DNA from: Lama guanicoe
Lineage: Eukaryota
Direction of reading: 5' to 3'
Length of the DNA: 64,000 bases
NCBI GenBank assembly: GCA_013239625.1
Contig: MU054187.1
Span: 3,483,757-3,547,756, forward strand
Position 1 is the first letter of the stretch. Every line of letters begins with the position of its first letter. The position numbers were made by a program, and so were the translations under genes. Below are positions 1 through 13,550 of the stretch, one piece after another. The notes below the pieces were generated by a model, which did no database searches, had not been told where the DNA came from, and was given only the letters and a program-made list of their open reading frames with translations.

Positions 1-298
1 GAAGGACAGAAGGACAAATACTGTATGTTTCCACTTATATGAGGTACTTAGAGAAGTCAAACTCATAGAGACAGAAAGTAGAATGGTGGCTGCCAGGGGC
101 TGGGGGAGGGGGGTGGTAGGTATTGTTTAAGGGTCTGGAGTTTCAGTTTTGCAAGATGAAGAGCTCGGGAAATGAAATGGAGGTGATAGCTGTACAAGAA
201 TATAGATGTACTTAATGCCACTGAACACTACACTTAAAATTGTTATGGTGTAAATTTTTGTATGTGTATTTTATTACAATTAAAAATTATTTTTAAAA
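1..298 (+). mobile_element. Old L1 (L1MA/L1MB-type) 3' end
   Basis: ccacttatatgaggtac...agagacagaaagtagaatggtggctgccagggg...tattacaat motif order. Confidence 0.75.
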
Positions 299-1529
299 AG
301 CAGAAATGTGTACAAATAAATGGGGGGGGAGTCAAGAGGATATTTCCTTGAGTTTGGTGAATTGCCCTTATTCTGACTGGGGATCTGCCCACCTAGCTGA
401 CTGGTGTTTAGTTGTTTGCAGGGGGTGGGGGTTGAGGGGACAGAGTGTCTAACTCTGTGTTAATCCAGGGCCATGTGGATTGATGGCCAATAGGGTATTG
501 AAATGGCTGTGCTGTGAGTTTGGTAATGGAGAATTTTTATGAAGGCAGAGACTGTGGATTGGAGATGAAGGAGGAGCTTCTAACAATCAAAGCTGGCTGC
601 TGCCCACCGGCTGGGGTGTGAAGCCCTTCTCCTGTAGAAGTTAAAAGCTTATAAGCGCAGGGTAAGGGAATCTCTTGCAGGACCTTTTAGAAAAAGTGGA
701 CCAGATGGCTCTAAGAGGCGCTTTCTGATTCGATAATTCTCTTGTTTCTGGCCACTTACCCAGCGATCCAGATTACATGATAGGAAAGAATATTTGTTTG
801 AAGGAGAGTTTTTTTTTTACGCTTTCCCAGTGCAGGGATGGTTTTTTCTTTTAAGTGTAACGTGCATATCACAAAATATGAAAAAACAGACAAACCTAGC
901 TCAAAGCAGACCCTCTTATGACCTCCCCTGGATCAAAAAGCAGAACGGTGCTCACACCCAGCGCCTCCGGGTGCACACCTCCCCCTCCCCCAGTACTGGC
1001 TCTCAAAGGCGTCTACCATCCTGCTCCGAGTTTTTGTTTAGTTTCCAATGTCAGCTTTTTCACAATAAAGTATAAGCACCTGAAAAGCAGTGCAAAGCCA
1101 TTTGGTTTGGCAGATAAACAGATTTTCAAGCTGTGGGTTTGGCTGGTACCCGCATCTCTGTGTTGAATTGCTGCAGTTCATAGGGAGGGAGGGTGAGTCC
1201 TTGCCCAGGTTGGGTTCAGTTGCTAAAATTCTCACACTGTGAATTTGATCAGAGCCTCATTTAAATACCTGTTTATCCAACCATTAGTTAGTAAAATTAG
1301 ATGGCACTGGCCATTTATAGCTTGTTTTTCTACCCATCTCTGCATAGCTGAGTACATGTATAAATGCAAATTTATCAAAGTGGGTGTGATAAGGGTGGTT
1401 TCCAGTGACCCGCCGGTAAGCAAACACCCTGCTGGGTGACAGCCAGTGTGCGTGCAGCCATCTGAACGTCCTCGCTGGCTCTGTGAATTCAGGTCGGTTA
1501 GTCTTCACGCAAGGGGACTCATTTTTCTG

Positions 1530-2130
1530 GTGCGGAGGAACACGGCCCCCTGTGGCCCCGCTGTGGCCCCGCTTGTTCCGCTTCTTGCAGTGCTGACCGT
1601 TGCTTTTGTTGGGGGTGAGAGAGCGCCGGGCTCGGCCCGCGGGGCGCCTGGACCCTCCGGCGGGGCTTCAGCTGTTCGTCGTTCAGGAAACGTCTCTTGG
1701 CCTCGCGCGGCCGTGGAGGTGCCCGCGCGTGGCTGGCCGTCCCGGCCGCAGCTCGCGGTAGCAGCACCGTCCCCTCCGGGCTGAGGAAGTTAGAACACTT
1801 CTTCAAGGAGGATGAAGAGGGTTCTTTCTGTTTCACATGAAACACGAGGAAGGCCGCAGAGCACGGAGGGGCCCGTTGTGGTTCAGAGGTCAAGGCTGGG
1901 AGTGACCCGCACCCCAGAGGGGTCGCTGAGCCCGCGATGTGACTGCCCGCAGCCCCGGCCCCGGCCCCGGCCCCAGGTTCACCTTCCTCTGGCCACAGTG
2001 TCTGATGCTTGGTGTTTGAGTTTTCACCGCTGGATGCTCCAAAGACTGGGACAAGGGGGGAAGCTGGGAACGGAGGGAAGGGCAGATTAGCAGGGGGGAG
2101 GGGTTTTCCAGGGAGGAAGTGCATTCCTGA
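1530..2130. promoter_or_regulatory. CpG-rich patch in intron 1, candidate enhancer
   Basis: Visibly CpG dense at about 1530-1980; GAGGAAGT at 1783 and 2113; GGGGTTTTCC at 2100. Confidence 0.5.
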
Positions 2131-3449
2131 GTTGAGAATAAAAAAAGAAGGATGCAGAAACAACTTAGCCGGCTTCCTTACTTACCCACTGCAGAAGAGG
2201 GGTGAGCACTGGTACCCGTCTGGGGAGAGCTGTGTTTCCGTGTGACGAGCTGAGGTGTCCGAGGAGCAGCAGCATGTCATCTGCAAACCGAGAGTCTGGG
2301 GTGGGGTTCTAATGCATGCTTGGTCATGCACTAGTCTTGGGGTGTTAGAGGAAGCCCCTTAAACTCTTCCTAATTCACAGGATGGGAGTAACATCCCATT
2401 GTTGCAAGGATTAAATGAAGTAACACACCTGAGAGGTTTCGGAGAAATCTAACACATTACACACTTTGGGCTATTGCTCTGGGTTAAACTTTAGCACCTC
2501 CAGCCTTTTCTTGGTTTGGGAGGGTCCCCCTGGTAGGGTCTCCCCCAACCCCGTTCATCATACCCCTGGCCTGATCTGACTGGGTTCACTCAGACCTTCC
2601 CACCCATCCTGGGTGGACACACTAGACACAAGTTCATTCTTCTTAAAATGTTCAGGCAAAAGGCAAAGAGAAAACATTTGCTTTTATTATCTGTTGGTCC
2701 TTAAGCAGTTAACAACAGCGCTAATTTCGTAGGAAAAGAAACAGAGGGGATAAAGACCTCACCTCATCTGGTGGAGGTGGGCCCCAGGCCCCCTCGCCTG
2801 GATTTCCACACCCTGGTGATTAGTTGGATGGAGGCCGGGGCCCCTGGCCAGAGCAACGGGATGCTGTCGTCCACCCACATCCTCGGATCCACCTCGGAAC
2901 GATCTTGGCCTGTCTGCTCCCGACTAGGCGATGAGCGAACATTAGTACGTGAGAGCTTGGATTTGTGTGACTCTTCATGCCATATGAATGAAAATTCAGA
3001 TTTTAGATTAAGGAAAGTAAAATTATCTCTGCTGTATCTTAAAAGGTACTCCCCACCCCCCACCACCACCCCACAATAAATTACACGATGCTTGAGGCCT
3101 TACTAGGTTGAAGACACCTTGAAGGGCAGGACCCCGCCTTTCAGACTCCGACTTCACCTGTGCTGTTTCCGAGGGGTTGACTGCAGAGGACCCCGAGTTC
3201 TAACAACAGTTTGGCTGGTGATCCATCTGTTTCACTTTTAAATTTGCCTTTTCTCTCTCGATTTACCCCCCTAGCTTAGTGGAAAGCCTACTGCTTAGCA
3301 GGCACTCTGAAATATTTCAAAATCTCTTTAGGGATGGGATGTAGGATTCTAGGCCACCAGAATTACTTTTTAAGGTTAGTAAATTATTTTTTCTTTTAAA
3401 AAGAGTAACAAAAATTTAAGTGAAAGTAGATTTGATTTTAACAAACAAC

Positions 3450-4110
3450 TTTTTTTTAATTTACAGTGTTGTGTTAGTTCCTGGTGTACAGTGTAGTGAT
3501 TCAGTTATACACACATACATGCATAATCTTTTTCCTATTCTTTTTACTGTAAGGTTACAAGTCAGTACAGTTTCCCTTGCTGTACAGTAGGACCTTGTTG
3601 AAACAACTGGGTTTTGAAGTTTTTAATTGATTTCTAAAACTTTGTCATGCAATTCTTTGATTTTAAATAGATGTATATATTCATTTAACCACCATCATGA
3701 TAAGGATGCAGAAAAGTTCTATGAACCCTCCCCCCAAAACTCCCATGTGCCACCCCCACCCCGACAGGCACCTGCTAACCTGTTCTGTCACTATAGTTTT
3801 GCCTTTTCCAGAATGTCATTTACATAGAATTATATTGTATGGGACCTTTTTCACATTATGGCTTTATTGACATACAATTCACCCACCATAGAATTCACCC
3901 ACTTAAAGTGTCCAATTCGTTGGTTTTTAGTATGTTCACAGAGTTGTGCAACCATCACTAGGGTCAATTTGAGGACATTTCATCACCCCCACTCCCCCAA
4001 AATCCAAGATCCTGTACCCATTAGCAGTCACTCTCCATCCCCCAACCCCTCCCCCCAACCCTTGCCCTAGGCAGCCAGGGATCCACTTTCTGTGTCTGTA
4101 GATTCCAGGC
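3450..4110 (-). mobile_element. Cluster of antisense L1 3' fragments
   Basis: gatttacag-like/tgattcagttatac block at 3450-3600; caaccatcacta...catttcatcaccccc blocks at 3860-4100. Confidence 0.65.
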
Positions 4111-4203
4111 ACCTGTTTTTAATGGTATTTTGTGCATGACTTTTGATATTTCCCAGACTGAACTGCTTCCAAGTTTATTAATTTGACTTTGCAGAATTTT
4201 GCG

Positions 4204-4356
4204 ATGTCGTTTATCATACAGCAATGTTGCTGGGGGAGGGAACTTTATGATGTATTTTATCAAGAAAGATACAAATGTCGTTTATCATACAGCGTCTGTA
4301 AAGCTGAATGTTGCTGGGGGAGGGAACTTTATGATGTATTTTATCAAGAAAGATAC
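4204..4356. repeat. Two-copy tandem duplication (69 and 82 nt)
   Basis: The copies at 4204-4272 and 4275-4356 are identical except for a 13-nt indel. Confidence 0.95.
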
Positions 4357-5434
4357 TCATAGTAGTTTTTCTCTTTTAGATCTTCTACTTAAAAAAAATC
4401 CTCTCCATGAGAGTCCTCTGAGACAGTAAAGGGCAGTGTTATGACACCTGGAATGGACATTATTAGGGAGGGAGTCCTGGGAAGCTGAGTTGTAAATTCT
4501 GCTGTATTCTGCTGCCCATGTCCCTGCTGACTGCCGGGGATGATGGCAGGACATTGACCTTCAGGGTTACTTTGGGGAGCGGTGTCTGTGAGCTCCAGGT
4601 GCCCCACCTAGAGAAGGGACATGACCACAGCCTCTCACGGGCTCTCGCAGGCATCAGGTGAGATGGGATCATTTGAGCCTGTACCTTTCCTCCTCTTTGT
4701 GCGAGGAATGTCCTGGAGGAATGACAGACAGAGGACCTGGTCACGTGACCTGACTCCACCTTCCGAGGTCTGAATTCTCGCTGTGGGAGGTATAATTTTG
4801 GGCAAGTCACTTGACCTCTCGATGACACCTGGTGACCATCTGTTACGTGGAGACTCATAATAGAAGGGTTTTCAAGTTCAGCTGTGATTATTCATGTGGA
4901 TGGACTTGAAACACAATAGAGGTGTGACACATATCTGCTATTTGCTTTTCTTTTTGCCCACATAATCATGTTTGGCCGTCAGAGTCTTTAGGGGGCTCAT
5001 TCTGCACAACAATATGGAAATGACTGAGAAGAGTTTGCACAGGCTGGGGTAGTCTGAACTTGGATGCACGTTTGGACTTGAGCGTGAAGTGCGTTTTGAA
5101 ATGTTTGTTAAATCTCAGAAGCACAGTGTGTCGCTGAAAGGGAAAGAATGTTTGGATGGACGATGGGCAGAGGAGGAGCCATACCTGGATGACTTAGGTT
5201 TTCCTGCTGCTTAGGGTCTGAAGGGACCTAAGGGACCTTTCTGGCTCTTAGGCCTCCTAAGCCGGACAGTCTTACTGAAGACTGGATAACGACACGCCTC
5301 AGAATCCAGTCTGAACTCACTTCCTGCAGGCAGAAGACTAATTGACGTATGAGGACCAAGGGGGAGAGGAACTGGGAATGGTTAGGTTGGGCACAGAAGG
5401 GAAAGCAAAGTTCTTTCTTAAATGGAAGCATCTT

Positions 5435-5550
5435 GGGGGGAGGGCGTAGCTCCAGGGGTAGAGCGCATGTCGGAGGTCCTGAGTTCCATCCCCAGTACTG
5501 CCACTTAAAGAAATAAACCTAATTACCCCCCCAAAAAAACCCAACACAAA
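5435..5550 (+). mobile_element. tRNA-derived SINE (Vic-1-like)
   Basis: GGGGGAGGGCGTAGCTC head, degenerate A/B boxes, AAATAAACCTAATTACCCC tail, A-rich end. Confidence 0.8.
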
Positions 5551-5964
5551 CATTGGAAGAGTTGGAAGAGTCTTATAATGATGCCAGCACAGTTACCGTG
5601 TTTTACTTTTGTGTCAGGCGACAATTACCTTTTACAGAAAATATAATGAAAACAGCAGTCACTTACCGAGTGCGTGTCCCGTTAGGCGGCCAGTTCCTTA
5701 CTAGGTGTGTTACTGATATTGTTGGTGTTGATAAGGAAACCAGGGCTCAGATAATAAACAGTTTGTCCTTTAGCTACTAAGTCAATGGAATGTGAGCCAG
5801 TTTGACTCCCAAGTTGATGTGTTTTACTTAACTTCGAAAGGTTATTTAAAAAAAATCATTATTATACCATGTGAAGGGTAATATCCTTGAGAGATTACCA
5901 TGTTGACTTTATACGTTATCGTAAATGTAAATACAGGAATGTGATTGTTTCTGGGAAACTAATA

Positions 5965-6200
5965 ATAAATACGGAGCAACGAACAAGCAAACACCTACTA
6001 AGCACACACTGTGGGCGGTTCCTTATTCTGAAGACCTGTTAAGTTTCTATTCACTTAATCCTCACAACAACCGTAGGAACTCTGTACAGTTATCATCCCC
6101 TTCTATCAGGTAAAGGTTAGTTAGCTTGCTCAGTATCTTGTTCCTGCGAGGTGAAGCGCGAACTCGAACCCAGGAAGTCTGACTCAAGCCCAGCTCTACC
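5965..6200 (-). mobile_element. MIR SINE (other probable MIRs near 5660-5830, 34020-34240, 35680-35830, 43610-43790, 50440-50610)
   Basis: cacttaatcctcacaacaaccgtagg...gaactcgaacccagg...gtctgactc MIR core. Confidence 0.6.
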
Positions 6201-7039
6201 CCCACATGAATCCAAGGTGCAGCCTCTGACTCGGGGGAGAAAAAAACCCAGACGCTTAAAACCAGTAATATAGCCAAGGCAAGAGCGAGCCCCCGTTTTG
6301 ACAGTTTGTCACAATTCCTGTCATCACAGCTTGCAAAGACAAGGAGAAAAAAAATGCATGGACGTCGCACTGAAAATTTAAACGTGAAACCAAGAGGTTA
6401 AAGCGTGGTCAGGACAAGCCGGCTGAACTTGTCTGCGTTGACTTCAGCGGGCAGCTCCATTGATCTCCATTTTTGGGGTCACCGTTTGTTGGCAAAGAAC
6501 GATTTTCCTCTGCTGGCAAAGGAAAGCAAAGCAATCGTTTGCTTCAGGGCTGAGGCTGAATCGTGACTAAATTAGCCATTTCTCCAGTAGGCGCCTCACA
6601 TCTTTCTTTTTGCTAAAGACTTATCCAGTTTGTGTTTTTCTCCCCACTAAGCGTTATGTGACATCCTCATAAGTCTTTAAAATGCAGCCACAACGCCTTG
6701 GACTTTGGAAAGTTATTAAGATTGTAGTTAATAGGTTACTCATGGCAAAGGGTCAGGTAATAGGCAGAGAATACACAGGCCAGGTGAGTCACAGAGCTGT
6801 CCTTGGTCTGTTCCCCTCTGCTGTTCTTTGTGGCATTTGCAGTGAAGTGTATAAGATCGTCGGTGGTTAAGCCTGAGCTGAGCCAGTTTATTCCCTGGGA
6901 AGCGTGTCAACTCTCCGGCCAGGGCTTCTCCCAGGTCTGGGGTACCCCATAACGGGATGTCTCCTGGAGGGTTCATAAATACCTATTTCCATTTCTGAAC
7001 AGTAGCTCCCTGAAAAGAAGTTAAAAGAAAAAATTAACA

Positions 7040-7235
7040 CACATTACTACATATAAAATAATAAACAACAAGGACCTGCTGTATAGTGCAGGGAACTATA
7101 TTCAGTTTCTTGTAATAACATATAATGGAGAAGAATCTGAAAAGAAAATACGTATGTATTTACATGTATAACTGAATTGCTTTGCTGTACACCTGAAACT
7201 AACATTGTAAATCAACTACACTTCAGTAAAAAATT
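7040..7235 (+). mobile_element. L1 3' end (artiodactyl type)
   Basis: caacaaggacctgctgtatagtgcagggaactatattc...gctgtacacctgaaactaacattgtaaatcaacta. Confidence 0.8.
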
Positions 7236-8247
7236 TTTTGAAGAAAGAAAAGTAGATAAGATTAAGTTTTTCTTTAAAAGGGAAAATGTCTTAGGACCCC
7301 TCTGCTTCCTTTCATTCCTGGAGCTTCAAGTAAAACCCCGATTTTGTCTTGCTTGGTGAAGTTGGTGTAAACAGAAGTGTCTGACGTTGACCTTAACGTA
7401 GAAGGAGCTTCTTAATCTTGACGTTAGTCTGTGTGTTCGTTCTTGGGCTCTCGCGGGACCGTCTTTTGGGACACTTGCGGCCCCACCAGAACCACTTCTG
7501 GTGATTTCCCTGGACTAATATCTCCCAAAGATGGCAGCTTAAGGCTGGGCATTGGTAGAGGTGGTGTGTCGTTCTTGCTTTCTGTGGGGACGAGGGTGGA
7601 GCTGGGGGAGCCTCGGATCCATACTTTTCATGGTGATCCAGAGGTACATGGGTCATATGCTTCAATAAACTCCGCTGACTGACAGTTTCCCATTGACTGA
7701 CAGTTTGGACCCATTGCCGGGCCTGTCAGAACCTTTGGGCCATAGAACCGCTGCTCCATCCTGGACCAGCCACTCACTGGAGACCCCCTGGAGGCGGAGC
7801 TGGGTGCAGCCGGGGACATCTCCTAGCTGGGCAGCTTGCTTGCACGAAGTCATTACCTAATTGCACTTCTTGGATCAACCGAAGATAAACAGAAGAGAAG
7901 ACTCTAAGCCAAAAAGGGCATTAAGACCATGGTTTGGGTAATATACCACCCCGGGGACATAAGGGCTCATGCCTGGGCAGACACAAGAATGAATCTCGGG
8001 TGAGCAAAGCCGAAGGAGTGAGTGATGCTGTGTCATCATTTAAAAAATGTCTCATGTTCCTACAAGCAGTAGGGTGAATGTTCGCATGGAGCCCCTCTTT
8101 GACTGTTTCTTTAAAGTCTACAGGAGATCCCCATGAGTTTGCAGGGAACAGTGGCAATTATTAGGGCTCCTGTAGGCCAGACTTGTCGGGTAAAGTTTGA
8201 AAAAGATGAACCAAATCTCAACAAGAGGAGTATAATGAGTTGAATTA

Positions 8248-8456
8248 CAGTGGATCCTTGAACAACCCGGGGTTGACCTGCGCGGGTCCGCTCAGACCTG
8301 GATTTCTCTCAGTACTGGCTGAAACAGGACCACGTGATCAGCGTTGGTTGAGTCTGTGGATGTGGAAACACGGATCCGCGGGCTGACTGTAAAGTTATAC
8401 GCGGATTTTCCACTGCAAGGTGGTCAGCACCCCTAGCCCCCATCTTGTTCAAGGTG
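8248..8456. mobile_element. Tigger2-derived MITE (TcMar-Tigger)
   Basis: TA|CAGTGGATCCTTGAACAA...TTGTTCAAGG terminal inverted repeats; internal GCGCGGGTCC and GCGGATTTT motifs. Confidence 0.75.
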
Positions 8457-9384
8457 CTTCTAATGTTTTTGGTTGCCAGGGTTTCATGAAATGAACAGGT
8501 TGAAAACTGTCTGCGGTTCTTAAGTTTTACCCTTAAGATCAGAGCATGAGTTCTTTCCTGCTTCACTTCAGGTTGTTTCTGTTTCTGTGTTGCTAGTCTC
8601 ATCTGAATTCATTGGGTTTATTGAGACTTTCTCATTTGTGTGTGATTTGTTATCTATTTATGATCATTGTTTGTTTATGTGCAGTTTAAAGTGTTTTATC
8701 CTTGATATAAATCTTGAGGTTTGAAACGTGAAGGAGCGTTGCTTCCATCAGTCGTAAACCTTTGTTCTCTGAGCATTGATTGTAAACAAGGTCGAGTGAC
8801 TCTTGAAATAAAGGAAAATGATGCTGATGTTTTTATAATAGATAAATCTGGATGAATATAAGTGAATTATATTTTTTATAAAATATACTCCAAAGCTAAT
8901 ACTGTGTAAATGCTACCATTTTCCCTACGATCATAGTATAACCAAATATAATACAATCATAATATAACCAAATCTAGGACTAAGTAACACTTCATTTGGG
9001 GCCATCAGGTTTATAGAACAGAAATAAAGTTCACAGAAGCCGAAATATGATATGAAAGTCAACTTTGCTGTGTGTCAGCACATTTTCAACAGTGGGCTCC
9101 ATTTGTCAGAGCTTTTTTTCCTCCCTGAGCATCTTTTCTGGTTTGAGTTCAGGTATGGGGTTAGGTTGCCAGCCCCCGCTCTTGAAGAAGGCATGGTGTG
9201 TAGTGCCGTGCGGGGGGGTTTCCGTGGCAGTTAGCCAACAGGGCGCCTGAAGTCAAGCCATGTATGCACGTCCGTGGCTCTGATTTCAGTTCTGACGTGG
9301 AGTTCAGTTATTTGATAAAAGGTTTCCAATACTATTGGACCGTGAATTCTTTTTCAAAAGCAGGTGAGTTTGCAGTGTAGGGTT

Positions 9385-9555
9385 TTTCTGGTTGTTCTTA
9401 ACCCTGGTTGCTCACTAGAGTCGACGGGGAGCATTTATAGCTCCTCAAGTCCAAGCTGCACCCCAGCCATGAAATGGGGATCGTGGGGAACCCAGGCGTC
9501 CATGCTTTGTAGAGCTCTCCTCGAGACTCTGCTTGTGTACCGAGGTTAAACCATT
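9385..9555. mobile_element. MER5A1-like hAT-Charlie MITE
   Basis: gttcttaaccctggttgctcactagagtc...ggttaaacca resembles the recalled consensus. Confidence 0.55.
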
Positions 9556-10494
9556 TCACCAGATCCAGCCATCATGGAATCTCTGGGCTTCAAGAGGAAG
9601 CTCCAGATCAGTGAATTTGGATGGTCTTGTTAATATCAGGTCAGTGCCCACCTGAACATCCAATGTCCTGAGTGCCAAGATGTGCTCAGAATAGCTACCC
9701 AGCTAGAAAGCTACCTCCAGGCGCCCTTGAAGAGAGGCAACTGCACTGGGCACCAGCGAGAAGGGCGGAGAGTCCCCTAGGGTTAGAGTGCCTGCTCCAC
9801 CCAGTCTCCCCATACATTTGAGAAGTATCTGGGCATGACACCCCACCTGCTGGGCGAGCCTCACTGTCCGAAGCAGCACGTCTTGGCTGTGTTGTGAGCT
9901 GTGTGGGGTACACAGGACCCCTCCCATTCCGGGGACTTCACACTCAGGCCTGGAGTATCTCCTCTGCTCAAGGGGACTGCTCCCCTCTCCCTGGGACACA
10001 GAGGTTCTGAGGGTCGCCCGTCCCTCCAGACTTCTGCAGAGCCAGGCTCTATCAAAGCCACCCGTGAGCGAGCAGGGAGCACGTGGTGGGAAAGCAGGAA
10101 GTCGCATAGTGCCGTCTTGACTCTTTCAGCAGTTGTTGTTTTTTCTCTTTTCACACACACCGATCAGCTGCAGGCTCAGAAATGAGGCACCTGCTCAATT
10201 AGAGTGCTGGGATGGTGAGGTCTGCCTGGTGAGCTCTGGGCAAATCACCCCATGTCTGAGCTGCTCTTCCGCCATCTGTTAGAATTCCTTACCAGGATTG
10301 GTTGTGAAAGGGTGCGTGAAAGTGGTTTGCTAAAAAAGAAAAGGAAAGAAATGAAATGAGCCTCGTTTAAGCCCCAGCTGAGCCGGCGGTGGTAGCCTCC
10401 TGCCTGCGAGGGAAGGAGCACCCCCCCGGGGGACCAGGAGCCCCCCGGGAGACCAGGAGCCCCGGCAGAGGGTTGATGCCCTTTCTGCATCACT

Positions 10495-11090
10495 CATGCT
10501 GGTTAAAAAAGACACGGACAATTCCAGCATGCTGGTGAGGATGCAGGGAGACGGGTGGAAAATGGTGCAGCCGGTACGGGAAGCCCTTCCGCAGTTTCTT
10601 ATGAAACTCAACCTACAAATGCTTCACAGCCAAGCCGTCCTGCTCCTTGGCATTTACACCAGAGAAGTGAAAACACGTGTCCACAAAGAGATTATACAGT
10701 GATGTATATCGCAGTGCTTTCCTTAATAGGCGTTTAGAAAGAAAAACCCTGAAAGTGTCTCAGATATTCACCGTCGGAAGAGTGGTTCAGTCAGTTTGGA
10801 TGATAGAATCATAACATGGGGCTATTCAAACAAACAACTCCTTGAATCTCAAAAGCGTTCTATTAAGTGAGTTAAGTCAGACGGAAAAATACATGCTGTG
10901 TGATTTCCTTTCCCCAGAGTTCAAGAACAAGGATCACCAGGAGGGGTGCCTTAGAAGAGGACACACGGGGACTGTCTGATAGGCATGTTCTGTGTCTTGT
11001 TTCGGAAGGTGAATGTGGGTGGGGACGTATATCAGAACCCATGTCGCATGGCATTTAAGATCTGTGCATTTCCCTGTATCTACATTTTGG
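10495..11090 (+). mobile_element. Old L1 (L1MC/L1ME-type) ORF2-end/3' UTR fragment
   Basis: ctggtgaggatgcag...aaatggtgcagcc...cttggcatttacaccagagaagtgaaaacacgtgtccaca...gcatttaagatctgtgcattt. Confidence 0.65.
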
Positions 11091-13360
11091 GAGGTGAATA
11101 ATCAAAATTTATTTTTCTTCTTTTTTTTTCCCCAAATTGTGGTAAAATAGACCTAACACAACATTTACCATCGTCACCATTTTTCAGTGTACTGTGGCGT
11201 TCAGTACATTCACACTGCCCTGCAGCTAGCGTCACCATCCATCTCCAGGACATAAGGAAAGCAAACTGAAAACACTGTCCTATGGCGAGGTCCAGTCAGG
11301 CTGTAACCGAGGGGCTGGCCTCCTGCGTACGGGAAGCCGGCCCCGACACTCGGGGCCATCTGCTTCCCTGTGTCCCCGGAGCTGTGGCACCTGTCGGATC
11401 TCATCAGCGTCAGCCCTGGTTTGCCTGTTTCTCTCTCTGGCCCCGAGCGCCCGAGGGTGGAGACGGTCCTGCTCACGGCCCTTGCCTGGCGTCCGTGTCA
11501 GGAAGGCTTCCCCGGGCGCCTGCTGAGCGCCAAGTGGTCCCCACGGCAGGGCTGACTGGGCCTGTTTCCTTTCTCCAAGGAAATCTGCGCCTGTGTTTTT
11601 CACAGCTGTATCTGTAAAGTGGCTGAAGAAACCATGTGAGAATTTAGAGTCTTGAAATGGGGAACACTTCATCTGACTTCCTGGAACTGTTGCTTTTTTT
11701 TTTTAATTGAAGCCTAGTCGATTTCCAGTGTTGGGTTAGTTTCTGGTGTGCAGCACAGTGCTTCAGTTCTACACATACATATTTTGTCAGATTTTCAGCG
11801 TAGGTTACTGCAGTCGTTTGAATCTAGTCCTTCTCCTCAGTCTGTGTCTGTCTCTCTCCTCCTTCTTGCCGGGTCCGCCCACAGGCTCGCCAGCCCAGCC
11901 CGGGGCCTTAGGCACTTCCCTCCCTCCCGTGCCCTGCGGTTTCCCATCCCACCTTCGAGCTGCCCATCTAAACAGCACGATAGGGCCTGGACAACCAGCC
12001 ACTGCGAATGCTTTCTTCTCCTGGCAGCTCAGAAGATTTGAAATGAAAGCTGCAGGCTTTTATTCTTCAGAAACTCCAGCCGTTCCCAGGAATAAGGAGG
12101 AAGACAAAATAACGGGGGGGTGACCAGAGGCTGCTGGTGGGGACCTGGCCGCCGTGCTTCTCAGCTGCGCAGCAGACGGCCCGCAGTAGCCGTTTCTCCC
12201 TCTCCGAAGCCTGCAGACCAGAAGGGAGTCCGGCGTGACAAGGGCTTCCGTTCCCCACCAGCCGGACAACATGGACCACTTCAAAACTGCGCGCCCCGTT
12301 CAGACAGTTTTCAGTGTGTTCAGCCTTTCGTCCTTGGTCTCTAACCGCACACGTTTTCTTCACCATCAGGTGAGCAGCATACACCGCGAAGAGTGCTCTG
12401 CTTCGAGCTGTAGTGTCCCTGTGTTCAGCCTGCCTTGTAATTTTCAACTTGCTGCCGTTGAATTGGGCTTACGGCACCCCTGCTTTTAATGGCATTCCCT
12501 GCCCACACCTTGGTCTTTTGGCTTCCTACTAAAATGTTTAAATGACCAGTTTACGGTGAAAGACACTGAGACGCTCAAGTAACTAACTGTACCAACTATC
12601 GCCGGTGCTAGGCCATGGCTCCTGGGGACTCTGAACTTGGAGGGGCGGCGGCAGCACCGCGCAGCGGGCAGAAATGAGCATTCGCTGTTTCATGGGGAGA
12701 AGTCTGAGTCTGGCGCAGAAACGGCTGTTTAGGGATGTCAACATTCTGTCATAAAAGTCGAACATGCAAAAGTGAAGACTGCTTCGAATTTAAGGAAATC
12801 TCATTTTACGGGTGGGAAACTCACTCGTTCATCAGCAGATGTGTGTTGAGGGACTATTCGTTGCCAGGGTCAGCTCTAGGTGCTCTGGGGACAATGAGCA
12901 AGAGTCAGGCTCTGCTCTCCAGTGCAGGTGTTGCCGGTCGGGACCAAGAGGCAGCACACTAGTAACTGCTTTCGGGTTGGGTGAGGGGCTCTGAGGAAGG
13001 GTGGGCTGAGTGATGAGATGGAGGGCAGATGGGCAAGGCTGGCCCGGGCCGGGGTTTCTGAGCTCTGATCTGAAAGGTGCGGAAGATACAGAGGGCTCTA
13101 GGCTGCAGAGATAGCAGGTGCAAAGGTCCTGAGGCGGGGATGCGCTTGGGTGTCCACAGGGAAGAAAGGTCTCCTAGGGCTGAAGCATGAGGACTAGAGA
13201 AGGTGGAGGCCGGCAGAGGGCCTCTCCCGCCTCTTTGTCTTTTCCAGCCACGGGCCCTGCAGCCCCTGGTAAAGGTCTTAAATCTTCCTTCCAAACAGAG
13301 TTGTGCAAGGGCTCTCATCAACAGATAAAGATTTGGCTGTGTGGGGAGTGCAGGGGGACA

Positions 13361-13550
13361 CAGGGTAGCCAGCTTTAGCAAATAAAAATACAGACTGCCA
13401 GATGAACCGTACATTTCAGGTAGGCAGTGAATACTTTTTTTAGTTTAAGTATGTCTCATGCAATATTCGGAACGTACTTATACTAAAAAAGGATTTGCTG
13501 TTTCTGTGAAATGCCGGTGTCACTGGGTGTCCTGCATTTTCTCTGGCAGT
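13361..13550. mobile_element. MER53 palindromic hAT MITE
   Basis: AGGGTAGCCAGCTTTAGCAAATAAAAATACAG...CTGCATTTTCTCTGGCA with a central palindrome. Confidence 0.8.
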
